A stretch of 64,000 nucleotides of DNA from contig CAVTHK010000001.1 in assembly GCA_963734495.1 (NCBI GenBank), positions 736,001 through 800,000 on the forward strand. Direction: 5' to 3'. Position 1 is the first letter of the stretch. Every line of letters begins with the position of its first letter. This document shows positions 10,253 to 18,814 of the stretch, piece after piece. A program made the translations under genes and the position numbers. This DNA comes from an uncultured Spirochaetota bacterium. GTDB taxonomy: Bacteria; Spirochaetota; Spirochaetia; SZUA-6; CAVTHK01. Under the pieces are notes generated by a model. The model had not been told where the DNA came from and ran no database searches. It saw nothing but the letters and a program-made list of their open reading frames with translations.

Positions 10253-10640
10253 CGACCCGCTCGGCAGCGTCCGTCCGCGCAAGCTCCGAGTGCCGTCGCA
10301 TCCACGCCTGGCTTGCGCCTTCGACGACGTGGTAGATATGCGAGAGGCTCACCCCGTACTGCCGGGCCAGGTCCGTGCGCGGCACGCCTGCTTTGTAGTT
10401 GGCCTGGATGCGCGCGACGTCCCTTTCTGTGGGCCTCTTCGTGAACCTGCGTCGCTGGCGCACCGCCCGCAGCTGCCAGGAACAGGCCCTGAGCGTGAAG
10501 CTCGCGTCGGAATGCCGGCGGACCAGCGAGTAACCCTTGGGCCTTGGCCCGAGGTCCGCGAGGGAGGCCTCGAAGCTGTCCGATCGCCTGGCGATGGTGC
10601 TGCATGACCGCCTGCGATCTGTTAGGCGTGTAGCACGAAT
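10253..10640 (-). pseudogene. Remnant of a phage-type HNH-family protein with C-terminal helix-turn-helix
   Basis: CYTPN in one frame, DSFEASLADLGPRPKGYSL and DVARIQANYKAGVPRTDLARQYGVSLSHIYHVV in another; the nuclease core (DRIDNDGNY..NCRW) is degenerate. Confidence 0.6.
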
Positions 10641-10667
10641 GCAGCGAACCGTTCGCTCTAGGCGGCC
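10604..10667 (+). repeat. Imperfect direct repeat, copy 2 (~64 bp)
   Basis: Matches 1916..1979 in the same orientation. Confidence 0.85.
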
Positions 10668-10695
10668 GCGCAACGACACTGTGCGCGGGCCGCCT

Positions 10696-11541
10696 TCACT
10701 TTTCCGTCTCGGTCATTCCTGCCACGAACTGCTTTTGCATGAGCACGACCACGATGACGGGAGGTAGCATGGCGATCAGAGTCGTCGCCATGATGATCTG
10801 CCACTCCGCCTGCGCGTCGCCGACTGCGAGCATCCGGTTGATGCCTATCAGCAGCGTGTAGTACTGCTCCTTGGTCGTGATGAGCAGAGGCCAGAGGTAC
10901 TGATTCCAGCCATAGATGAACTGGATGACGAACATGGCCGCGATCGGCGTGCGCGTCATGGGCACGAGGACCCGCGAAAAGAACTGCATGGGACCCGCGC
11001 CGTCGATCTGCGAGGCCTCGGCCATTTCTCGCGGCACCGACATGAAGAACTGCCGGAACAGAAACACCGCCGTGGCCGACACGATCATGGGGAGGATGAG
11101 ACCCCAGTAGGTGTTGAGCATGCCGAGGTCAGATATGACCTTGTAGGTCGGCATGATGCGCACCTCCACGGGCAGCATCAGGGTCACAAAGATCGACCAG
11201 AAACAGAAGCTGCGCAGCCTGAAGTTGAAAAACACGATGGCATACGCGGCGAGCAGGGAGACAGCGATCTTGCCCACGGAGATGCCTATGGCCATGATCA
11301 GCGAGTTCTTCATCATGGTCAGAGCGGACGCACCGAGGTTCTTGGAGCCCTCCCGCAGGGCGCGAGCGTAGTTCTCCGCAACATGCGAACCGGGCAGCAT
11401 CGACATGGGTGCGTGCAGGATCTCGGGCAGGGTTCGCGTCGAAGCCACCACGACCAGCCAGATCGGAAAGACGATGACGAACAGGGCGACTGCAAGAAAG
11501 AGGTGGGGCAGGGCCCGCTTGACGATCGTGCGCTCCGCCAC
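10696..11541 (-). CDS. ugpE: sn-glycerol-3-phosphate ABC permease
   Basis: TLMLPVEVRI.PTY, EAA loop EASQIDGAG, FIYGWNQYLWPLL, C-terminal ETEK. Confidence 0.9.
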   Translation of the reverse strand: MAERTIVKRALPHLFLAVALFVIVFPIWLVVVASTRTLPEILHAPMSMLPGSHVAENYARALREGSKNLGASALTMMKNSLIMAIGISVGKIAVSLLAAYAIVFFNFRLRSFCFWSIFVTLMLPVEVRIMPTYKVISDLGMLNTYWGLILPMIVSATAVFLFRQFFMSVPREMAEASQIDGAGPMQFFSRVLVPMTRTPIAAMFVIQFIYGWNQYLWPLLITTKEQYYTLLIGINRMLAVGDAQAEWQIIMATTLIAMLPPVIVVVLMQKQFVAGMTETEK

Positions 11542-11554
11542 TTTCAGCCGCTCC

Positions 11555-12439
11555 TCAGTAGGTGACCTTCCGCTCGATAAAGCGGAACTGCAGGACGGTA
11601 AGCCCGACCACGAGCACCATCAGCACCACGGACTGGGCCGCCGAGGAGCCGAGGTCCAGATTGATCACGCCGTCTTTGTAGACCTTGTAGACGAGGATAC
11701 TCGTGGCCTGGCCCGGCCCGCCCCAGGTAACCTGGTGAATGATGGGGAAGGTCTCGAAAAAGGCGTACACGAGGTTCATCACTACGAGGTAGAACGTTGT
11801 CGGCGACAGCAGCGGGAAGACGATCGACCAGAACCGCCTCGTCGGCCCCGCCCCGTCGATCGACGAAGCTTCTACGAGTGACGCCGGCACGTTCTGCAGC
11901 CCCGCGAGGAAGAAGACAAAGTTGTAGGAGATCTGCTTCCACGATGCGGCGAGCGTCACGAGGAGGAACGCCTGGCTGCTCTTGAGCAGGTGGTTCCACT
12001 CGACGCCGAAATCGTGCTCGAGAAAGTAGGCAACCACCCCCACGTTCGGGTTGAACATGAAGAGCCAGAGGATCCCCGCCACAAAGGTGGCCACGGCGTA
12101 CGGCCAGATGAGCATGGTCTGGTAGAAGATCGTTCCCCGGATCTTCTTGTGCGTCTGCACGGCCAGGAAGAGCGCGATCGTGAGGGCCGTGAACGCTACG
12201 AGGCCCGCGAAAACGAATGACCTGACGAGCGAGTCCAGGTAGGCGGGATCCTTGAGCAGTTTGCCGTAGTTCTCGACGCCGACAAAGATCATCGACAGCC
12301 CGAAAGGGTCCTGGATGAAGAGGGATTGCCAGACCGCCTGGGCGGCGGGCCAGAAGAAGAAGACGAAGACGACGACCATCTGCGGCAGCACGAGCAGGTA
12401 GGGCAGCCTTCTGCTGGGGAACTCGTACTGTTTCGACAT
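11555..12439 (-). CDS. ugpA: sn-glycerol-3-phosphate ABC permease
   Basis: WKQISYNFVFFLAGLQ, LLSPTTFYLVV, DLGSSAAQSV. Confidence 0.9.
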   Translation of the reverse strand: MSKQYEFPSRRLPYLLVLPQMVVVFVFFFWPAAQAVWQSLFIQDPFGLSMIFVGVENYGKLLKDPAYLDSLVRSFVFAGLVAFTALTIALFLAVQTHKKIRGTIFYQTMLIWPYAVATFVAGILWLFMFNPNVGVVAYFLEHDFGVEWNHLLKSSQAFLLVTLAASWKQISYNFVFFLAGLQNVPASLVEASSIDGAGPTRRFWSIVFPLLSPTTFYLVVMNLVYAFFETFPIIHQVTWGGPGQATSILVYKVYKDGVINLDLGSSAAQSVVLMVLVVGLTVLQFRFIERKVTY

Positions 12440-12462
12440 CGGTGTTTCTGCCGGCGCAAAGA

Positions 12463-12490
12463 GGGCTGCCCGGACCGCTCCGGACAGCCC
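12463..12490 (-). other. Stem-loop between ugpB and ugpA (mRNA stabiliser or partial terminator)
   Basis: GGGCTGTCCGGA-GCGG-TCCGGGCAGCCC followed by TCTTT on the minus strand. Confidence 0.6.
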
Positions 12491-12515
12491 CCGCTGACGA
12501 CCGATTGACGCGATG

Positions 12516-13823
12516 TTACCTGTTGGCGCGCTCGAACTCGCGGAGCTTCTCGTTGCCGAGGCGCACCATATTGTCGAGGCCTTCTTTCACAGTGACTTTT
12601 CCGTCAAGGATCGCCTCCCACTGCTCGTCTTCGATGGTGCGGATCTGCGGCATGAAGCCGAAGCGCAGGCCCAGAGTGTTTTCTGTCGGCGGCTTCTTGA
12701 GGAGTTGCTGTATCGCCACTTCGGGGCCCGGGTTGGCTTTGTAGTATCCCTGCGATTTCGTGAGCTCATAGGCCGCCTTGGTAATGGGAAGGTAGCCCGT
12801 CTCCTGATGCCAGAAGGCCTGGGTGTCGGCCCGCGACAGGAAGGTGAAGAACCTGGCGACTGCCTTGTAGTCGGCCGCGGACTTTCTGCCCATGACCCAC
12901 AGGCTCGCGCCGCCGATGATGGAGTTCTGAGGCGCGCCGGGGACATCCGCGTAGTACGGCAACTCGGCGACGCCGAAATCGAACTTGCAGGTCGCCTTCA
13001 TCGAGCCGTAACCGCCGATCGACTCGAAGTGTATGGGGACCTGGCCGGAGGTGAAGAGCGAGTTGGCTTTGTTCTCGCGGCCGCCGTACACGAACACCTT
13101 CTCCTTGCTCAGGTTGTAGAGGTTCGTGAGGTGCCTGAGCTGCAGAGGACCGTTGAAGACCAGGGTCGTGTCGAGACCGTCGAATCCGTTCGCCTTGGTC
13201 CCGAAGGGCACATTGTGCCACGCGGAGAAGTTCTCGAGCTGGATCCAGGAGATCCAGTTGGTGGTCATGCCGCCCTCGAAGCCGGCGGCTTTCAGCTTTC
13301 TCGCGGCGTCGAACAGCTCCGGCCATGTCGCGAGCGGCTTCTCGGGGTCGAGGCCCGCCTTTCGGAAGGCGTCCTTGTTGTAGTAGTAGACCGCGGTCGA
13401 GGAGTTAAAGGGCATGGAGAGCATGTCGCCCTTGGCAGTGGAGTAATAGCCGGTGATCGTCGGGATATAGGCCTTGGGGTCGAACGGCTCCTTGTTCTCC
13501 GCCATCAACTGGTAGACGGGCTTGATCGCCCCCTTGGCGGCCATCATGGTCGCGGTCCCCACCTCGTATACCTGCAGGATCGCCGGGGGCGAGCCCGCGC
13601 GGAACGCGGCGATGCCGGCGTTCATCGTGTCGGGGTAGGAACCCTTGTATACCGAGACGACCTTGTAGTCGCTCTGGCTTGCGTTGAAGTTCTCGCAGAT
13701 CTTGGCTGTGATCTCACCGTTCTTTCCGCCCATTGCGTGCCAGAACTCGATTGTGACCGGTTCTGCCAGAGCGGAGACGGCGATGACCGCTGCCGCGATG
13801 AGAGCCGCGACAATCCGTTTCAC
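12516..13823 (-). CDS. ugpB: sn-glycerol-3-phosphate ABC substrate-binding protein
   Basis: FWHAMGG, ILQVYEVGTATMM, APQNSIIGGASLWV, WHQETGYLP; SD AAGGAGG. Confidence 0.92.
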   Translation of the reverse strand: MKRIVAALIAAAVIAVSALAEPVTIEFWHAMGGKNGEITAKICENFNASQSDYKVVSVYKGSYPDTMNAGIAAFRAGSPPAILQVYEVGTATMMAAKGAIKPVYQLMAENKEPFDPKAYIPTITGYYSTAKGDMLSMPFNSSTAVYYYNKDAFRKAGLDPEKPLATWPELFDAARKLKAAGFEGGMTTNWISWIQLENFSAWHNVPFGTKANGFDGLDTTLVFNGPLQLRHLTNLYNLSKEKVFVYGGRENKANSLFTSGQVPIHFESIGGYGSMKATCKFDFGVAELPYYADVPGAPQNSIIGGASLWVMGRKSAADYKAVARFFTFLSRADTQAFWHQETGYLPITKAAYELTKSQGYYKANPGPEVAIQQLLKKPPTENTLGLRFGFMPQIRTIEDEQWEAILDGKVTVKEGLDNMVRLGNEKLREFERANR

Positions 13824-14100
13824 GTTACTTACCTCCTTGAATGACCGGGAGAGCCTCGCCCGCGAGCGGGTCGTCCCTGGGGCAGGATTGTAGACCCGTT
13901 TGCGGAGGTGCGCAACGTGAGGTTCCGCGGCCTCCGCGGCCCGGGGATCGCTACACGGAGGCCGGCACGTCTCGCCTGCCGAGGCGCCTGCTCACCGGAC
14001 GGTCCTCGCCCCCGGCGTCTTGCTGTTCCATCCGTTGTTGGCAGGGGCCTTTTTCCGGGGTATCCTGCGCTCATCCTGCGCGGGGGAGCGTGAGAGCGCG

Positions 14101-15105
14101 ATGATAGATCGGTGCGCGGCCTGCGGTTCGGCAACGTGGTCGATCACGGAGCGGTGGGAGGGTTACGAGCTGGCCACCTGCGAGGCCTGCGGGCTGACCT
14201 TCACGCGCAATCCCGACTACAGCTCGCAGCGCTATCTGGCCGCCTATGGGCAGGCTCGTGGCGAGGCGCCGGTGCCTGAAGAGCAGGCGTACAAGTACAG
14301 CATGCCGGCGAGACGCCTGGAGCTGGAGAGTCTGGCTTATCTCGCTCCCGCTCCCCGGCTGACTCCCGCCCAGCGGCAGGCTCTGATCTGGCTGAAAGCG
14401 AACCTCCCCGTCGGCGCGACCGTGCTGGACTACGGCTGCGGGTCCGGCATCTTTCTCTCGGCCCTGTATCGGGCGCATTTCCAGGCCGTCGGGCTGGAGG
14501 TAGCCGATCGGCTGGTGCAACTGCTCCGCTGCCGCGGGTTCCAGGCGATCGCGGCCTCGACGCCCGACTTCGCCTGGAGCGGCGGCGCGCCGGCGGCGAT
14601 CACCTTCTTTGAAGTCCTGGAACATTTCCCCGATCCTCAGACGGTGATCGGCGCATTGAAGCGCCGCTTTCCCGACGCAAAGATCCTGGCCAGCGTGCCT
14701 TCGCCGTTTCGCTCCTATCTCTTCCTCGACGGCGAGCGCAGCGGCTCGGACCTGCCGCCGAACCACTTCCTGCGCTGGACTCCGAAGGCCCTGGAGCTCT
14801 TCTTCCGGCGCGCCGGCTACGGCTCGGCGACCGTGGTGCTGCCGGCGCCCGTGGGCTCGGAGCTGATGCCTGGCGCGGGCCAGCTGCTGGCCGGGCTCGC
14901 AGGCAGGAAACGGCCGGCATCTTCCGGCGGCGCGAATCGTGTCGGCGGCGACACTACGCCCCGCTTCGGCAGGCTCAGCGCAACGGCCGTGCTCTGGCTG
15001 CAGAAGTCGTACCAGACGGCCATGGACCTGGTCGGTGCGCCCCGAGCCCGCCAAGCCGCTCGCAAAGGGGCATCGGCCGGTTCCATGCTTGTGATCGCGG
15101 AATGA
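14101..15105 (+). CDS. Class I SAM-dependent methyltransferase with N-terminal Zn ribbon
   Basis: CAAC..CEAC; VLDYGCGSG; FEVLEHFPDP; PPNH. Confidence 0.8.
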   Translation: MIDRCAACGSATWSITERWEGYELATCEACGLTFTRNPDYSSQRYLAAYGQARGEAPVPEEQAYKYSMPARRLELESLAYLAPAPRLTPAQRQALIWLKANLPVGATVLDYGCGSGIFLSALYRAHFQAVGLEVADRLVQLLRCRGFQAIAASTPDFAWSGGAPAAITFFEVLEHFPDPQTVIGALKRRFPDAKILASVPSPFRSYLFLDGERSGSDLPPNHFLRWTPKALELFFRRAGYGSATVVLPAPVGSELMPGAGQLLAGLAGRKRPASSGGANRVGGDTTPRFGRLSATAVLWLQKSYQTAMDLVGAPRARQAARKGASAGSMLVIAE

Positions 15106-15120
15106 CCCCGCTTGCCGTCC

Positions 15121-15906
15121 CTAGGCGGCGGCCCTGAGGAAGGTTTCGAACATCCCGAGGAACGCGTCCATGCTCGCGATGTGCAGTGCGTGGCCGCCCG
15201 GGAGCTCGCGCACGGACGCGTTCGGCATCTCCTCGCCCAGGGCATCGATGATGCGGTTCAGCCATGGCGAGCTTCCGCTTCCCTTGAAGAGCAGAGTCGG
15301 TTTCCGGAAAGAGCGCACCTTGGCGATGTCTTCCTCATGGCGGAAGGGGGCGTCCCCGTGTCTCAGGGATTGCCGGTGCTGCACCCACGAGGGCCAGGAA
15401 GGCAGCGCGCGCGGGTCCACGCCGTTAGGGACAAAGCCGGCAAAATGGGAGAACCATGCGAGCTGGTCCTCGGTGACGTCCAGCGGCCCCAGCGTGCGCA
15501 GCTTCTCCTGGTGCTCGACGAGAGCGCTCGTAAAGGCCCCACGCGCCCGCAGGACCCACGCAGCCGGCGGCTCGATCAGGGTGAGCGTTCGCACGCGACC
15601 CGGGTTTCGCGCGGCGAAGCTCAGCGTCACCTCCGCGCCGAACGACCAGGCCGCAAAGTGAGCAAGGCGGATCCCGGCGGAGTCCAGCGCCGAAGCGAGG
15701 GCGTCCACCTCCATGTCCACCGAGTAGTCGCTTGGGACGGGCGTACCGCTGAGTCCGAGGTCGACGTTGAGGAGCTGCACCCGGACCACCGTGTAGCTGG
15801 CGGACAGCCTGGCGGCATGCGGCTTCCAGCTGAGCCAGCCCGTGAGGCCGCCTGGCACCAGGACCATGGGGTCCCCGCGTCCAGAAGTCTCCATCTTCAT
15901 CTGCAT
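15121..15906 (-). CDS. Alpha/beta hydrolase
   Basis: VLVPGG, nucleophile elbow AWSFG, TLIEP, catalytic GGHALH. Confidence 0.82.
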   Translation of the reverse strand: MQMKMETSGRGDPMVLVPGGLTGWLSWKPHAARLSASYTVVRVQLLNVDLGLSGTPVPSDYSVDMEVDALASALDSAGIRLAHFAAWSFGAEVTLSFAARNPGRVRTLTLIEPPAAWVLRARGAFTSALVEHQEKLRTLGPLDVTEDQLAWFSHFAGFVPNGVDPRALPSWPSWVQHRQSLRHGDAPFRHEEDIAKVRSFRKPTLLFKGSGSSPWLNRIIDALGEEMPNASVRELPGGHALHIASMDAFLGMFETFLRAAA

Positions 15907-16021
15907 CGGACGAAAGTACTGATGATCCCGCCCGCCCGCACAGCGGGCGCGGGCATGAGGCGCGTGAGGGACGTGAGGGCCGCGGGCGTAAGGCCCCGCA
16001 GCCCCGTGCCGCGCACGCGGG

Positions 16022-16050
16022 CAAACAAAAACCGCCCCTCGCGGGGCGGT
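16022..16050 (-). terminator. Rho-independent terminator
   Basis: ACCGCCCC-GCGA-GGGGCGGT followed by TTTTGTTT on the minus strand, ~30 nt after the 16081 stop. Confidence 0.8.
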
Positions 16051-16080
16051 CGTTGGGCGAGCCCGCGTGGGGCCCGCGAG

Positions 16081-16713
16081 TCACGGCATCACTGTTCCGA
16101 GCTTTACCGAATTGGACACCTCTTCGATGGAAAGCACGTCGCAGGTCAACGTGTACTGGCTCTTCTTGCCGTCCTTCCCCGAATAGTACGAATTGAACCT
16201 TCCGGCGTTGTAGGCTTCGTCGGAATACTTCAGGACGTCGACGTTCGCTACTTTGAAATGAACGAAGTACCTTCCGCTCTTCCCGTTCACGGTGACGCCG
16301 GGCACGTACAGCGTTCCCCTGCGGCCGACTTCGGCCAGGTTCAGGGCGTTCTGGCCATAGGTGAGCTGGACTGTGACTGCGTCCGTGCCGCCCTTGACAG
16401 CGTACGCCCACTGCGTGATCGTCGAGATGCCGACACTTCCATCCGGATTCGTGGACATGACGTTCCCGACAAAGCTCTTCGGCGCGGCGTACCCGGGGGC
16501 CTTCGCCTTGGCCGTGCTGGCCAGGTCCGACGATCCGCCCTGCAGAGCCTTTGCCACCGCCTCGAACGCGTCACCCGTCAAGGTCGCCTTGGTCTCCGAC
16601 GCGGAGCTGTACGCATCGACGTACGCGCCGGGCCTCGCCTGAGCCCAGACGTTCAGGCCCGCGACGAGAGCAAAGGCTCCCACGACGCCGGCGATTCTCG
16701 CGAAGGTTCTCAT
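16081..16713 (-). CDS. Secreted protein, possible FMN-binding split-barrel (PNPOx-like) domain
   Basis: SD AAAGGAGG, signal peptide (VWA-Q), VDAYSSAS segment, VMSTNPDGS resembling PNPOx strand 1. Confidence 0.55.
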   Translation of the reverse strand: MRTFARIAGVVGAFALVAGLNVWAQARPGAYVDAYSSASETKATLTGDAFEAVAKALQGGSSDLASTAKAKAPGYAAPKSFVGNVMSTNPDGSVGISTITQWAYAVKGGTDAVTVQLTYGQNALNLAEVGRRGTLYVPGVTVNGKSGRYFVHFKVANVDVLKYSDEAYNAGRFNSYYSGKDGKKSQYTLTCDVLSIEEVSNSVKLGTVMP

Positions 16714-16804
16714 TCGCTACATCCTCCTTTGCGCGTGGTTCTAGCCTTTGGCGTGAGAGTGTCAAACGAACCGATACCGGGGCGCGGACAGTCCCGCCCG
16801 TTCC

Positions 16805-17200
16805 CTATGCGATGGCGAGCTTCGCCGAGCTGGACCACAACCCGTGGATGTTGCAGTAGGACGAAGCGAGGATCGTTCCGGGCTTCTCCGTTTTGAACGC
16901 GCAGCTCAGGCTGGGGCTGGTGTAGACCGTGCTGGTGTCGGGTCCTTCCGGCGACTCGCCGTGCGCCGCGAAATCCATGCGGGCGACCTGGAACGGAAAC
17001 TTCGCGCCGTCCGGCTGGAAATATACCTCGATCCACCTGATGTGGTGGGGCGTCGTGTTCGGGTGAGCGATTTCCTTCCCGACGCTCACCTTGACCTGGA
17101 CGGGTTCCCCTTTTTTCGCAGCAGCGGCGGTCTCGATGACCGGCACGTGCTTTTCCTTTTTCCAATCCGCGGACTGATAGAGATCCTTCATTTCTGACAT
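16805..17200 (-). CDS. Superoxide reductase, 1Fe (neelaredoxin, class II SORL)
   Basis: EKHVP, HPNTTPHHIRWI, CNIHGLW iron ligands. Confidence 0.92.
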   Translation of the reverse strand: MSEMKDLYQSADWKKEKHVPVIETAAAAKKGEPVQVKVSVGKEIAHPNTTPHHIRWIEVYFQPDGAKFPFQVARMDFAAHGESPEGPDTSTVYTSPSLSCAFKTEKPGTILASSYCNIHGLWSSSAKLAIA

Positions 17201-17383
17201 AGCGACTCCTTCCTTGATTGGTTTTTTTCGGGCGGCCCCGTTGCGCTCAGTGTACAGAAATCTCCCCCTGCGGCAAAGCGAAATGCCCGGAATTTGAGGT
17301 CCGGTGATGCCGACGAGAAGACCGCCCGGGTCGCGGGCTCCGGCGACCGGCAGGGGGCCGGTGCCCGCCGCAAGGCCGCGGAG

Positions 17384-18637
17384 TCAGAACAGCCCGGTCT
17401 TCTGCTGGAGGCTCAGAAGCAGGGACACGTCGTTGCGCGCGCGGCTGTTCGTCGTGCTCGTGGGGCCGGGGTTGTTCACGTACTCTGCGCCGGCGCCAAG
17501 AACGAGGCCGGTGAGCAGCCCGAACCGGGCCTCGCCCCGCACGATATTGGCATACTTGCTGGTGTACGGAGCGCCTGCGTCTACCGAGTAATGATCGAAC
17601 ACCCATTGGAAGTCGAAAGACAGGCTGTCGATCGGCTGGAGGTTGATCGAAGAAATCACCGACCACTCGTAGCTCGAGTCGAGATCGCGGTTGGTGATGA
17701 ACCGCGACCCGACGCCCCACAGGGGAGCGTCGTACGATACCACCGCCCCCCAGAGAGCGTCGACCCGGTAGCTCACCGACGTCGGGGCGGCCGTCGTGTT
17801 GCTCGGGGAGTGCGCGACAACCGTCTTTGAGGCATTGGGGTGAGACAGGGCGGCAGCCGTGCCTCCGAAGCGCAGGCCGGCCCACCGCGTCTCGAGCTCC
17901 AGCGCGCCCTTGTGCGTCGTGATCCACGTCCCCGGGTCATACTCGAAGTCGGGGAGGGCGAGCTGGTAATCGAGGTCCGCATGCAGGTATCGGGAGAACC
18001 AGTGGGAAACCTCCAGCTCCGCCCGCGGCTCGAAGCGGTACGCGCTGGAATCGGGCATCGGCTTACTGGCCCCTGTGTAGTCGTACCTGCGGAGGGCGCC
18101 GCTCGCCTTGACGTATGATTCCGGGCGATAGAACCACGACACTCCCGCGAAACCCTTGTATCGCGTGTAGAAGATGTCGTCCGTCCAGCCGCCCCCGGCT
18201 TCGAGCTCCAGCCGGTCCAGGCCCCCGTACCACAGCGATCCGTCCACGGCCGTCCGCGACGTTCCGGGCTCGGTTCCGCCGTACCATGCCCGCACGATCA
18301 GCCCGCGGGATAGTCTGAGGGCCTTCAAGTCATCCTGGGCTTCGCGGTCGCCGGGGTCGATGGCGACGGCATTCTCAAACGCGCGCGCGGCGGCCCTGAA
18401 GTTGCGGAGCCCTCGCTGTGCCCAGGCGACCCTCTTCCACGCGGCGGCGCTCTCGCCGCCCGCCGCGATGGCCGAGGTGTAGGCCGACAGCGCGCCGGCG
18501 TAGTCGCCCTGCTCGCGCAGCAGATCCCCGCGCGCCAGGGCGTCCTGACCGGCGTTGCCGGGAGCGGGGTTGGCCTGTCCGTTGACCAGGGCGGGGACCA
18601 CGAGGAGGCAAAGCAGAGCAGAAAGGAAGCCGCGCAT
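17384..18637 (-). CDS. Signal peptide + TPR repeats + putative outer-membrane beta-barrel (YaiO/PgaA-like architecture)
   Basis: N-terminal TPR (GDYAGALSAYTSAI, AARAFENAVAIDP), alternating aromatic beta-strands, C-terminal Phe. Confidence 0.65.
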   Translation of the reverse strand: MRGFLSALLCLLVVPALVNGQANPAPGNAGQDALARGDLLREQGDYAGALSAYTSAIAAGGESAAAWKRVAWAQRGLRNFRAAARAFENAVAIDPGDREAQDDLKALRLSRGLIVRAWYGGTEPGTSRTAVDGSLWYGGLDRLELEAGGGWTDDIFYTRYKGFAGVSWFYRPESYVKASGALRRYDYTGASKPMPDSSAYRFEPRAELEVSHWFSRYLHADLDYQLALPDFEYDPGTWITTHKGALELETRWAGLRFGGTAAALSHPNASKTVVAHSPSNTTAAPTSVSYRVDALWGAVVSYDAPLWGVGSRFITNRDLDSSYEWSVISSINLQPIDSLSFDFQWVFDHYSVDAGAPYTSKYANIVRGEARFGLLTGLVLGAGAEYVNNPGPTSTTNSRARNDVSLLLSLQQKTGLF

Positions 18638-18814
18638 TTGTTACATCTCCCGGACTCACGATAGTGCACCCTGCCCCGGTTTGCAACGCAAGGCCCGGCG
18701 GCCGATGGGCTTCCGCGGCCCACAGCGCCGACGCGGCAGGTCGCTGCGTGGTATATTATGGCACGTTCCAGGGACCCACGGCTGTCTGTGCCGAGGCCGC
18801 CCGCAGGGGATGTA

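Noticed and set aside
15904-15930. Hammerhead-ribozyme-like words GGACGAAA and CTGATGA
   Set aside because: Only 3 nt separate the two core motifs, leaving no room for stems I and III; it folds as a simple hairpin
18640-18814. Possible c-di-GMP riboswitch in the divergent promoter region of the glycan locus
   Set aside because: No GEMM-type GGCAAA/GNRA/GACGCAA arrangement seen on either strand
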